Of a stretch of DNA of 64,000 bases, positions 28,401-44,105 are shown piece after piece (position 1 is the first letter of the stretch; each line of letters opens with the position of its first letter). Source of the stretch: Ministeria vibrans ATCC 50519 (lineage: Eukaryota; Protista; Filasterea). Both the position numbers and the translations under genes were made by a program. The notes under the pieces were generated by a model. The model saw nothing but the letters and a program-made list of their open reading frames with translations, searched no databases and was not told the origin of the DNA. The DNA lies in assembly GCA_943704425.1 (NCBI GenBank), contig CALSCP010000774.1, forward strand, positions 1-64,000, read 5' to 3'.

Positions 28401-30709
28401 AGGTCGGACGCCTCACGCTGTAGGTCGGACGTCTCACGCGCAAGTTCGTCCACTCTGCCCTGTGCAGTCGCCACGAGCGTCTCTCGCTCTTCGGACTTAG
28501 TGGCAAGCTCCTGTTCCGTCTTCTTGGCGGCCTCCAGCTGTGCGACAAGGGCCGTTGCCTTGTCCATCTCGGTCTGTGCTCGCTCTTGCAGTTCTTTGAT
28601 CGTCGTTTCGTACGCCGACAATGCCGCCGACTTGGCCTCCACAGCCGCCTGAGCCTCGCGCAGCTGCTCCTGCAGCGTTTCCGTAAGTGCACCTGAGGAC
28701 GACGTTGCCGCGGCGAGTTGCTCACGCACCGCGACCAAATCGCTCTCTGTCTGTGTCTTGGTGGTGGCAAGAGCATCCCGTTCGGTCACAAGCGCCGCAT
28801 TGCTCGCCGTCTGCTGCGCCAGTTGCTCACGCATCGCGACCAAATCGCTCTCGGTCTGTGTCTTGGTGGTGACAAGAGCGTCCCGTTCGGTCACAAGCGC
28901 CGCATTGCTCGCCGTCTGCTGTGCCAGTTGCTCACGCACCGCAACCAAATCGCTCTCGGTCTGTGTCTTGGTGGTGACAAGAGCGTCCCGTTCGGTCACA
29001 AGCGCCGCATTGCTCGCCGTCTGCTGTGCCAGTTGTTCCTGCAACTTGACAGTCGTATCACCCGCCTGCGATGACACGGCGTCCAGCTGTTGCTGAAGCG
29101 AGTCGGCACGGGACGTGGACGTGGCAAGGTCAGCGCTCAGTGAAGCGCGCGTTTCCTCGAGTTGCATGGCAGCGGCACTGGCCGCCGACTCTGAAGCAGC
29201 AAGGGCAGTTCGCAACTTGTCCAGCTCGGCATTGGCAGTGACAGTGGCCGCCTCGGATGCAGCCAAGGCGGTGCGCATCTCGTCAAGCTGAGCAGTCAAA
29301 ACACTCTCACGCTCGGCGCTCAAAGCGGTAGCAGAATCTCCCACAGCGCTCGCTTGCGCTTCGAGCCCTGCAATGCGCTGATTCAACTTGTCCGCAATGG
29401 CAACTTTCTCTCCCACTTGCATTTCAAGCGCAGCCGCTCTGCTCTCGGCGGCCACCAGCTGATCTCCCAGCGCCGCTTCCACCTGACCAGCACTCGCCAA
29501 GCGTTTTTCCACCTCACTCAGCTTCTCCTGTGTCGCCACAAGTGCCGCTGCATCGCCAGCAGTATTGGACGGCGACGCTGCCAACTGTGTGTCCAGCTGA
29601 AGCTGCAAGGATGCCGCACGACCCTCGGCCTCGACAAGGGCATCTTGGGCGTGTTGGAGCTCGACCGAGACTTTGCCGGTGGTCTCGGCCGTCGACAGTG
29701 CTGCCTTGCTCTCAGCAAGCTGTTTCTTCAGCGACTTATTCTCTTCGGTGAGATAGTCGATGCTCGCTTGGAGAGTCGCCGAAGGAACATTGGCCGAAGT
29801 GACGTTCTTGGTGCTGCTTTTGGCTGTTGGGGTACGAGCGGCAGCCGTCGACGCGCGCGGTTGGGGAGTACGTAGCGAGGGTGTCGCGGCCGCGGGCTGT
29901 GCTGATGTGCGTCTTGCTGCTGGAGTGCTCGCTGGCGTTGAGGGAGTAGAGGCAGCACCCTCAAGCGATACCTTTTGTGGTGGGGTGAACAGACCGTGGT
30001 TGTCTTGGCAGGAGAAGTACGCTACGTCCTGGACTGAGCCGTTGTTCTTGCCGAGCGCCTCGTCCAGTTCAATGCCGCACCAGACGCCATCGGCAAACGA
30101 CGTCGTGCCCATGAACCGAAGAACACCCGCCTTTTTGGCAACGACAACGCGATCGCCCACGGAAAAGGGCGCAGTAGCGGCGGTGGCGGCGGACTTTGAC
30201 GGCGTCACGGTGGGGGTCTTGGACAAGGCTTTGCTGGTGGTGCTCGGTGTGGCGGTCACAGTTGACGATCGCGCACTGCCAGTCGGACGCGATGGTGTGC
30301 TCACGACGGACGGGGTCGCAGGCGCCGAGATAGGCGATGCAGCGTCGGCGATGACGACCACCTTGCTGGCGGGCGTGAAGAGCCCATAGTTGGGCCCGTC
30401 GCAGTCGAAGTAGCGCACGCCATCGACTGAGCCATCGTTCTTTCCGTTGGCCGCATCAAGGGCAATTCCCGCCCACTGGACGCCTGCTTTGAACTAAACG
30501 AGCAATCAGTCAACGGTAGAGGCACGAGGGGAGTGCGGCAAAGGCGTGAACGAACCTGAGTCTCGCCAAGAAATCGCAGCACACCCGTTTTGCTAATGGA
30601 AAGGGAAAAGAGAGCCGGTAGGTGAAACGAAGAAGGCACAGAGGGCATGGTGCGTGCGGTGGCTTACCCTCCGACGTCGACGCGGCAGCCGACTGTGAGT
30701 GTGGAGGCT

Positions 30710-30754
<45 letters not shown>

Positions 30755-30868
30755 GAAGGATGAGAGAGAGAGCCATCACGAACATGGTCTGTTACAGGCA
30801 GAAGAAGAAACGCCAGGGGGTCGAATGCCCGATGCAGTCGGAGCGCGAATGCCCGACGGTTTAGACAT
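25448..30868 (-). CDS. CLIP1: CLIP-170/restin-like microtubule plus-end tracking protein
   Basis: MSKPSGIRAP start; two CAP-Gly domains (GKNDG, GKNNG); ~1300-aa coiled coil; two zinc knuckles (FCDECDVFDHH..C; YCTICE|EFGH..C); C-terminal EETF. Confidence 0.9.
26572..27328. repeat. 213-bp (71-aa) near-identical coding tandem repeat x~3.5
   Basis: Identical shadow ORFs at 26610, 26823 and 27036, spaced 213 bp. Confidence 0.95.
28713..29042. repeat. 120-bp (40-aa) coding tandem repeat x~3
   Basis: EQLAQQTASNAALVTERDALVTTKTQTESDLVA repeated three times. Confidence 0.93.
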
Positions 30869-31213
30869 TTTAGGAACTGTGTAATTTCAATTGTGAATTG
30901 ATATTTGATTGATAATCGTCGAAAAAGTAAAAAACGTTAACTGTATTATTTTCAGTATTGAGTATTCACAAATCTTGATCGCGTACTGGCTTCGTGAGCA
31001 TCTTTGAGTGCCACTCACTGCGTCACTTTTTCTCTCCTTGCCTGTTCTCTGCTGCGCTCTTTTGGCACTGTGCCAAAAGCAGACAGCCCGTTTGAAATCT
31101 GTGGCGCCTTTTTGCCCGCCCGTTCGCCCGGCTGCCCTCGCCCATGTCCCGCTTGAAGAGCACTACGCACACGGCTCCCAAGAAGAGTAAGCGTGTCAAC
31201 CGAAAGGACTTTA

Positions 31214-34070
31214 ATGGTACGTAGTTCGGACGCGTCGCACGCTCTGAATCAACCTCGTCTGTCTCGTCGCGCTGCAGCCGAGGAGTTCTCGTTGGGCCAG
31301 CAGGCAGTACTCAAAGCCGTGCTTCACGAGGGCAAGTCGGTGTTCTTCACGGGCAACGCCGGCACCGGCAAGAGTCACGTTTTGAAGGAGCTGCAACGGT
31401 CGCTGTCCACCTCAACGACATTTGTGTGTGCCATGACGGGAACTGCCGCGCTGCTCATTCGCGGCGTCACCCTTCACTCGTTTGCCGGTATTGGACTTGG
31501 TGTCGAGGACGCGGACATCTTGGCAAAGAAAATCCTGGGCAGCTACAAATCGCGTGTAAGCGACAGTCACAATGCAATGCCGTTTGTGCGCTTCCTCTTC
31601 TCTGTGCGCTTCCTCTTCTCACTGTTCACTTACTTATTTTTTCTTCTTTTTTTTTTTTTTGCAGACGAGGTGGCAAGAGTGTCGTGTTCTCATTGTCGAC
31701 GAAGTATCCATGTTGAGTTGTAAACTTTTTGAGAAGTTGGAGGTGATCGCACGCGTTGTGCGTGGAGTCCAACAACCATTTGGTGGCATCCAGCTTGTCT
31801 TTACGTACGTAATTTGAAGTGATTATCAATGCAGTATTTCCGCCAAAATAATAATAAACAATTATGTTGTTTGTGTGATTTTCTAGCGGCGACTTTTTCC
31901 AGTTGCCACCAGTGGACAAGCTGACGCACAACCCGAAAATGTGTTTCCAGTCGCCCCTTTGGCCCGTGTGCTTCCCCGAGCAACTTGAACTGGGCTCGCA
32001 GTATCGACAAACTGATCCAGCCTTTCTATGGTACATGATGAATAGCGACGTAGAAGAAGAAGAAAGGAAGAAGAGAAGAAGAAGAAGAGGAGGAAGAAGA
32101 CGAAAAAAGAATGATAATAATGATAACAATTTATATTGTCTCTACAAATCTGATTGTGACGCACCTAGGTTGCTTGAGAGCATTCGCTTTGGTCTGGCGT
32201 CACGCGAGACAGTTGCGCAGCTGAACCGCGTCAAGCGCAAGCTGACGCCACCCGGTGGACTCAGGCCGACACGGCTGTACGCACACAACCGGTCGGTGGA
32301 CGCTGAAAATGAAACGGAGCTGAAGAAGCTCCCTCTGCCCGAGCACACCTACTTGGCCAACGACTGGGCCGAGACCCCTCAACTGCTCCAGCAGCTCAAT
32401 TCTAACTGCATTGCTGCTCGCTCTCTTGTGTTGCGCGTCGGAGCTCAAGTATTACCACCGAAATCGAAGAAAAAAACGATTAATACGTGTCTTTTGATAG
32501 GTGATGCTCGTGAAGAATCTGACGCCGTCCCTGGTCAATGGCTCGCGGGGTGTCATTGTGCGCTTTGAGACGCACCACGAGCTAGCAATGCCTGTTGTGG
32601 CTTTTGCCAACGGTGCCGAGGTGCTCATGGATCCGCAGACGTGGGAGAGTACGAAATTTCTTCTACACATCGACTAAGCAATAATAATTTACCTTTGTAC
32701 GTTTCTATTTTCTCTCAGTGCCCGATGTACATGGCAAGGCAGTCGCCATTCGACGACAGTTTCCGTTGAAGCTTGCGTGGGCAGTGACTATCCACAAGTC
32801 ACAGGGTATGACCATTGATTATCTGACCGCCAACATTGCCGAGTGTTTTGCTGTGGGTCAGGCGTACGTGGCACTCTCACGTGCACGCTCACTGGATGGT
32901 CTCTGCGTGGAGCGGTTTGATCCAAGCAAGTTCAAGACGAGCCCCGACGTCGTAGAACATTATCGTACGCAGGTGCGACCCGCGTCACTTCAAGATCCAC
33001 CGCCCAACCGTGAAGCCATGCTGCGCGCCTATGACGAGCGCAATGGCATTGTTGCCCGCACCCGCACAAGCACCGACGGTCTCCACCACTCTTACCAGTT
33101 CCCCCCAGAGAAGCTCGCTCGTCTCCCCGACACTTTTCCTGCTGCCCCTAAGTTTGAGTCGGCAGCGTCTCTCCTTCAAACCATGCCTGACGCTCAGCCT
33201 GCGACTGCTGCATCTGCGTCTGCATCTGCGTCTGCGTCTGCATCTACCACCGCCACCACCACAACAACAACAACAACAAACGATAGCAGTGACACTGCTC
33301 CTGCTGACTTCCATGCCGTCTCCAACTTTGGTGACTACAAGAACAGACTTGGTCCACAGAAATTGGGCGAGACGGTACACGTGAGGGAAAGGTAGCGTTG
33401 TCCATTGATTGTCTTGCTCTGCATGTAGAAAATCCCCAAAGGCACCCCGAACTGTCTCAAGGGGCTCACGTTCACATTTACTGGTATTTTGGACGGCATT
33501 GAGCGCACTGCAGCACAGTCACTTGTGCAGGATCTCGGTGGAGACGTTCGCAAAAGTATGCCTTTTGCATTTTATGTGTTTTAGCGTCGTTATTTATTTC
33601 TCTTTTCTCACAAGTTTTTCTTATTATTATAATTATTATTAATTTTATTTTATTTTGGTGTGTAGGTGTGTCGAAGCGAGTGACGCATGTCGTTTATGGA
33701 CGCGACTTTGGAGCGAAGAAGATGGACAATGCGCGGACGGAGGGAAAGGAGTGCGTGGATGAGCAGGGTCTGTTTGAGTTGGTGAGTGAGTTTGTGAGTG
33801 TGTGTCTTTGTGGTGTGTCTTTGGTGTGTATGTATATATGTGTATTTATATATTTTGTTGTTTAACATTTGAATGCGTTAGATTGAGGAGCGATCGGGTA
33901 CGATGAAGCGGAAAGCAACAGAAGTGATTGTGTTGACGGATGAAGAGGAGGGCGATACTGTGAGGGAAGTCGTCGATGGGGACGATGTGAGAGAGTGTCT
34001 GCCGGAGATGGACGGTGGTGCCCCCGTCTTGCCTATCCAGTTGCATAAGCGCATGCGCAATCAGTATTAG
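31214..34070 (+). CDS. PIF1: PIF1-family 5'-3' DNA helicase with C-terminal RFC1-type BRCT domain
   Basis: [37 protein letters not shown]|[55 protein letters not shown]; then BRCT exons joined by in-phase GT-AG introns; start codon uncertain. Confidence 0.93.
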
Positions 34071-34475
34071 CGAAACACACCATTACGTTACTGTATTAAA
34101 ATTCTTCTTTTTTATTTACTCAAGTTTCATCCCGTTGACTTTGTTGAACTGAATTGTCCCGCAACTGTTAGTTATTAGAGCTCTCTCATGTTATGTTACG
34201 TCCATCATTAAGATATCTCATTTCATTAAGTGGTCCTGAGCTGTTTTGTCGCTTTTCGTTTGGGACTGATAATGAAATTGTATTCTTCGGGAGCATTGTA
34301 TTACACTGCTTCAGAATTCATTGTAAATTGCTTTTTTTTGTATTTTTTATANNNNNNNNNNNNNNNNNNNNNNNNNNNNNNNNNNNNNNNNNNNNNNNNN
34401 NNNNNNNNNNNNNNNNNNNNNNNNNNNNNNNNNNNNNNNNNNNNNNNNNNNNNNNNNNNNNNNNNNNNNNNNNNN

Positions 34476-35406
34476 TTACCGAGAACATTGCGGGTGCCGA
34501 AGGCCCTGTATTTGATCGAGAAGGCAACTTTTTTTGTGTCGCGCCTGAAGTGGAAGTTGACGGCCAATCCGCCGGTAAACAATGGCCTTGTCGCGCACTC
34601 TCGCCGCTGCTGGGGGCATCCCCTTTGTCGCATGCACTTACTACTGTGTCGTTTCTTCTTCCTTGTGGTTTAGGCGACGTCAGGGCGGTGGATGTGAAGT
34701 GTGGTACCATGCGAGTTGTGTCTGCGCCGAACTTCGTCAGCGTCGGAGCCATTCCTGCAGGCTGCCAGGCGGACCGCGACGGCCATTTATGGATAGCAGA
34801 CATGCGCCATGGGTTGTTGCGCTTGACGACGGCGTCGGGGCACGTTGATAAGGTCGAGGTGAAGCCCCAGGATGGGACAGTCATGCAGGGCTGCAATGAT
34901 CTGACGACCGACAGCCGCGGGAATCTGTGGATCACTGCGCCCGCCGGCCCTATTGCACCCGCGGCATACACTCGATCAGACTTGGAACCCTTTGGCAAAG
35001 TCTACTTTTATCGGGTCGACGATGGGACACTGTCTGTAGTTGACTCGGGTAAGACTACCGCAGAACCAGTCATTTTTTTATATTGATTGCCGTTTGTAGG
35101 TCTGCTGTTTCCCAATGGCATCGCCTATCGTGAGAAGCGGGTGTTTGTAGCCGAAACGTTTACCAAGAAGATTTGGGAGTATCCTGCTGTGGGCGAAAAG
35201 GGCGAGCTTTCGACCAGCGCTAGAAAGCACTTTGCTACGTGTCCTGGCGAACACAATGGAGGACCAGATGGCATGGACTTTGATTGGTACGTGAATGGTG
35301 TTTGTAGTCTATACAGGATGAGCATGTGTCTGTGAGTGAGTGAGTGAGTGAATGTTTTTGTGTGAGCGAGTGTGTGCGAGAGACACAAAGCTGAGGAGAA
35401 ACAAAG

Positions 35407-35488
<82 letters not shown>

Positions 35489-35889
35489 GGGAGAAAAACA
35501 AAGCGAGAGAAAAAAAAACAAATCAAAGTGAGGATAAGCCTAACCCGGTTTGTGTTGCAGTGAGGGGAATCTGCTAGTATGCAACTGGGGTAGTGGCCAC
35601 ATTGAGGTGTTTTCCCCGACGGGTGAGCTGATCACTCGCATTAGTTGCCCCTTTGCCTGTCCATCAAATCTTCATTTTGCACCGTAAGCTTGTTGTTAGA
35701 GAGTCGAAAGAGAGAGAGAAAGAAAAACAAAGAGAAAGAGAGTGTGGAGTTAACCTGACTGTGTCATCTAGGTATCCAAGTCAGACGGTGTACGTGACGG
35801 AGCATAGTAATCATGCCCTGTGGCGATTTCAGTGGGTACGCGCAGGACAACCGCAGTGGTGCGACACGGCGTATGGAGAAGAGTGGTGA
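34476..35889 (+). CDS. squid-type diisopropylfluorophosphatase (SMP-30/gluconolactonase beta-propeller); 5' end lies in gap
   Basis: TENIAGAEGPVFD..APEVEVDG, IPAGCQADRD, ADMR, MQGCND, GNLWITAPAG..AP..YTRS, FPNGIA, AET.TKKIW, GGPDGMDFD, NWGSGHIEVF, CPF..PSNLHF, VTEH: colinear with Loligo DFPase. Confidence 0.9.
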
Positions 35890-36241
35890 ATACAACCGGA
35901 GTTTCGAATCTGTTACTGTGTGTCTGTGTGTGTGTCTCTGTGTGTGAAACAGTGACAGCAAAGCAGACGCTGCGTTGAGATGGGCGAGAGAAGTGGTAGC
36001 GGTTGCCAAGGCGGTCTGAGAGAGAGTATTAGTCTATTAGAGGAGGAGCAAGGCCGTTGGGCCGGTGGGTGGGGTGAGTGAATGAGTGAGTGAGAAAAAT
36101 CAGTCAGACAAATGTGTGAATGATGAAATATAATAATTATGATGATACTCATTATCAGTAATACTAACAAATATTTCTTTCTGTGTGCCAACTCGTTGTT
36201 TGGTAGCTCCTTTCGCGACCGTTCTCATTCGATAGTGACAA

Positions 36242-39279
<3,038 letters not shown>

Positions 39280-39391
39280 TAATTAAAATCGACATTGATA
39301 ATAATTATTTCTTCTCTGCCAACAAATAAATGGATACTGAATTACATGAATTTTCTTTTACAATATTTACATTAATTTTCTTTTTATTTGA

Positions 39392-40894
39392 ATGGACGGT
39401 TTCGCTCTATTCTCGTACAGCGTGAACCGACCGGAAACGGCAGTCACCGGCTCAAATAGTGGCTCGCCGAGCAAAGCGCAGGGAAATGTCGAAGAATTTC
39501 TGTCAAAGGAGCGCAAAACAAACGACGACTTCTCCTTGTCGTTGCTCGTCACCGACCTGCGCGCAGACCACGAAGCCCGCATGCGCGACACGCTCGCCCG
39601 ACGGCTGTCGCGTGGCGTGGTCTACAGCGGCTCCGGTACCATCACGCGCATGCCCCTGCCCAGCGAAGAGTCCGTCTCGGGACTCGAATCGTCCGAACCG
39701 AAGGTACAGAAAAAAAAAAAGTCAAGATGTGACGCGTAAAGGACTCTCTCCACGCCTCCGTTGTGTGTGCTGCAGGCGGGCGTCTTCCTCTACTACTGCC
39801 TGTTGCGTCCATCGTTGGTGTCGGAGGCCGATGCGACCGCCCCGCTCGTCCCCGACGCGACTAGCGCTGTCGATGTCTCCGTGTGCTCCGTCGAATTTGT
39901 TGTGTGCTTTCTCTTCAAGGCGTACGGCGGCACAGGGATATTCGACCCATTTCGCCTCGAACTCGATGCCTACTCGTCTCGTCTGCACGATCTGCTGTCG
40001 AAGCGGGCGCGAGGACCCAACAGTGCGACGCCCATCAAGGAGGACACGTCCGTCATGGACTTGCTGCGGCTGTGGCGCGAAGTCAACGTTCTCTTCCTCA
40101 GTCGCTGTCTGTCCAACTTCTCGCTTGCCTCTCTGGCAGCCCTCATGCACGCCGCACTCGTTGGCGAACGACCCACGGTAATCTTGGACAAGTCGGTGGA
40201 GCGTGCGGCGACTGCGCGTCAGCTGGGCAGCGGTGTTGTCCAGCGTGACATTGACTACTTTATTGGTGCCTGTGAGATTTCAGGGGTGCTCCAGCCCACC
40301 AGCGACTTTGCCTCGTCGACACTCCCGTCGTCAACATCAGTTAGTTTGTCGCGTCCTGGCTCAATTACAGGCGGCGAGGGCACCGCAGACTGTGTACGGA
40401 TAGAGCCAGCCGCGGACGCGACTTCCGCCGTCGCCATTGGCTTTCCTAACAGCAATGCCTCCACCACATTGACTATTTCTGTGGCAGACGACCTCTCATC
40501 GCTGTGGCACGTGCATCCCACGCATACCAACACGCTGTGCACGAGATGGGCGCACGCACTTAAGCAGACGTGGCACGAGAGCGTTGATGTGGGCAGCAAC
40601 ACACAGTGTGTACGTGTGCGTCGCGTTCTCGAACAATTTAAACTCGAAATGATCCGACTTGTCAACACACTCAAGCGTCTGGTGCGTCAGGCTGAAATTG
40701 ACCACTATGCTTTGTACCGTGCACACGCCTTCCTCGCCGACTGCGGTGCCGCACACGTCCTGGTCAACATGATCTCGCGTGACACGCTCTCCCTAACGCC
40801 TTCCGAACGTGACGTTCTCGCTGTTCTTGTCGAGACGCACCCACAGACCGTAAGGGACAGTCCTAGTAACAGTTCAAGTGGCAATGACGACTAA
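39392..40894 (+). CDS. C17orf75: Njmu-R1/C17orf75 (WDR11-FAM91A1 complex subunit)
   Basis: FSLSLLVTDL..LARRLSRGVVYSGSG; YYCL; EFVVCFL; FRLELDAY; LMHAAL; RDIDYFI; FKLEMIRLVNTLKRL..AEIDHYALYR match Njmu-R1 motifs. Confidence 0.85.
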
Positions 40895-41150
40895 CATTCC
40901 AGCGACAAAATTTGTATTTGTAAACCTTTTTTTTCTAAGATAAAGTTTCGGTTGTCTTTTAATTATTCACTCTCTCTCTCTCTCTTCACTCATTCACTCA
41001 CTCACTCACTCTCTCTCACTCTCTCTCTCACTCTCTCACTCTCTCTCTCTCACACACACACACTCTCTCTGTGCCATATATATGACAAAAAAACCTCCCC
41101 GCACAACAAAATATAATATCCCCCCCCCCCCTTCTGTGCGGGATCGCGAA

Positions 41151-41822
41151 TCAGAAACTATAGAATGGAAACGACGTATTCTTGTGTGTGAGGATAACCT
41201 TTGTAGGAGTAAGATAAGAGCGGCGACGGAGGGAGCGCTGAGGGACGGTGAAGGACGCGAGTTCCTGAGGTGCGAGGGGCGAGTGGTGATCCTGTACGCG
41301 TTTGCGGTTGGGCCCTCTGAGTGGAGAGAGGATAAAGAACTGACCGTTTTGGTCCTCCTTGGTGGCTTCTTCTTGGAGTCGCGCGGATTCGTCTTCTTCG
41401 GCACACTGTTCTTGCGGCTGACGGATTTCCTTTGTGTTGCCGTTATGGTTGCTGTGGTTGTTGAGGCGGAGGGGAATTGGAGAGGAGAATGTTTTGAAGG
41501 AGGCACGTCCAACACCGCGGGCGGGAGTGAGGGGGGAGTAGTGAGTTGCGGACGGGGAGTTGTCTGTTGCTGGGCTGTCCTGGTGAGATGGAGAAAATTT
41601 GAAGAGGAGAGTGTGGGGTCGAGCGGGCGTGACAAGTGCGGGAGATTGATTGTGGGAGGGACTGACGGCCGGTGATTGAACTGGGGTAGTGTTGCGCAAA
41701 GCCGAGAGACGACGCGTGGACGGACGGACTGCCTTGACAATCCGACGGGGCGACGAGCGACGGGTGGCGGCAGCAAGAGTGGCACTGAGAACGACCGAGC
41801 GCGGCGCTTGCTTGTGTTTTTT

Positions 41823-41883
<61 letters not shown>

Positions 41884-43911
41884 TGTGCCTTGCGCCATGG
41901 GGCGGGTGTTACATTGCCAGTCTGCTGTGCAACATTGCGGCGCACAGGAGAAGCAAGGGAATCCATAAAGCGACGGAACAGCGACGGAGTGGTTGGTGCA
42001 GTGGCAGAGGACGATGTGCGCGCGCGCTTGGTCGCACTCGACGTCTCTTGTGCCATTGTGTGACGTCGTTTGCGCGACGACCCACTTCCCTCGGCTCGTG
42101 CCGCTGCAGCTGCGGCTGCAGCGTCCTTTCGTGCCTGGTGCTCCGCTTCTTCTTTCTGCTGGCGCAGCTGCAATGCTGTCTCGGCTGCCTCCATGTCGTG
42201 CACGTCAACACTCACCCGCCACACATGATCGACCAACGTCTCTGCTCGCACGCGATGTGCTGGAAGATGCTGCAGGTATGGCAGGATCTTATCCACCGAG
42301 TCCATGTCCATCAACTGCAAATGAAATGGCGTCAGAGGTACAAATGTCATGGCACTAAGCATCAACAACAGCTTCTTACGTCTTCTTTGCACACCTCCAT
42401 GATGGAGATGGCGGCGCCAAAAATGCTCTGAATGCCATCAAGCAACAACTTGTCCCACAGGCCCAGAACGGTGTCCCAGCAGCGCAGCGATGTAAAGAGA
42501 CACATGAACCAGGGGGTGGCATACATTAGCGGGTGAATGCACAGCGAGTCAAGGTGGGTGCACAGCTCGGGGTGGCGCAGCCGCACCAGCTCATGAAAGA
42601 CACTTGCGTGGCGCTGTACTTGTGTTAACGACTCGTCGTAGAAGCCGCGAAGGTACTTGGGTCGTTCAAAGAGTGACACCAGTGCCCAAAATGCATCTTC
42701 TTCACTCAAGTTCATCAGCAACATTGCCGCAATGTACGACATGCCTTGAGATAGAGGGAGAGAGAGAGAGGAGGGAGGGAGAAAGAAACATAGTGAGAGA
42801 GAGAGAGGAGGGAGGGAGAAAGAAATATAGTGATAGAGAGAGAGAGAGAGAGAGAAAGTGATAGAGAGAGAGAGAGGAAAAAAGAAGGAAGCGAGAACAA
42901 AGAGATTAAAAGGAGGGAGAGAGAAACGAAATGATAAAAGACGGAGGGAGAACGAATAGATGTGAAAAACAAAAATGAAAGATCGAACAGGTAAACAAGA
43001 TGGTATTGTGTCAATGACTTAGGTGCTAAAAAAATAGTACCTTGACAGTAGCCTACGGAAGTGTTGTAGCGAGCGTAGGAGGCAAGGATATTGAAGAGTG
43101 AGACTCGTCCGGGGCTATTTTCGCGGACAAACATGACATGGGTCGGAAAGGTGCGAAAGACATCCAGTCGAATCTGTTTGATCACTTTGCTCGATGGGCA
43201 CTGCTCAATGGGCTCAAGAGGAGCCTTGAAAGGAGAGTCGCTGAAGGTAGCGAGGCTCATAGGGTCCATATCGACGACGTCGCAGGTGACGTCGTCGTCC
43301 GCCTTGCTGTTGGAATCTGCTGCAGCGACAATGTCGCGGGCGCGCTGAGCGTCGTCTATGACCTGCGCACGTCGACACTCGTCTTGAATTTCCGTCAAGT
43401 TTGTCGCGTAGTCGTAATCGGAGCCGAGTCGAAGTGTCGTCGTTTCCAACAGTTTCAGCCAAAGTTTGCCGCGAACTCCTCGCGGAATTCCCTGCTCAAC
43501 ATGCCGACGCACCTTCGACGGGTCGTGTTCCTTGTAGTAGTCCCACTTGTCAATGATGTTTTCCCACACGCGCTCCGACGTGAGCCAATCCGAGGGACCG
43601 GGACTGAACGAAAAGAGTTAATGTAAGTTTTTTTTTTTTTTTTTTTTTTGGTTGCAAAAGTTTGGTACGTTTAAATTGTAAAATGAAAGACACTAGGCGA
43701 TATTATTAAGGTACATGGTGCACCACGTGATGTTTTAAATGTCATGAAGCAAGCGAATGAGGCTCGCACGGCCGCGGTAGTGTGCCTTTCGGCGTTTGTG
43801 AGTGGGTCGCCATGAAGTTGTTTACCTTGCGTATTCGTCGTGGCAAACATCATCCTGTGCTGTGCTTGGCAGCACAATGAAGCCGTAAGCGTCAACGTCG
43901 TCTCCTTCCAT
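41151..43911 (-). CDS. TBC-domain Rab GTPase-activating protein (USP6NL/TBC1D10-like) with polyQ tail
   Basis: DAYGF; GIPRGVRGKLW; QIRLDVFRTFP; GYCQ|GMSYIAAMLLM; YATPWFMCLF; disordered C-terminus with (CAG)n. Confidence 0.9.
41824..41886 (-). repeat. (CAG)n polyglutamine tract (~21 Q)
   Basis: Directly visible. Confidence 0.95.
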
Positions 43912-44105
43912 ATCAACTTTAGAGTAAATTGTCAATTGAAAAATTGTGTGAAATTATTTTGATTTTTGAAAAGTTCATCTTTGCTTTCACTTCATCCAAA
44001 CCCTCCCACAAAGCCCAGGGGTGCCGCAGTGTACGCAAAAACTTTTTGGAATCAACAAAATTACACGCGGATTGTAATGATCGTATTTGCTACGCAGTTA
44101 CAAAT

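Noticed and set aside
31214-33395. PIF1 as part of a Helitron
   Set aside because: No HUH/Rep domain or Helitron termini; it resembles cellular PIF1 and has ordinary introns.
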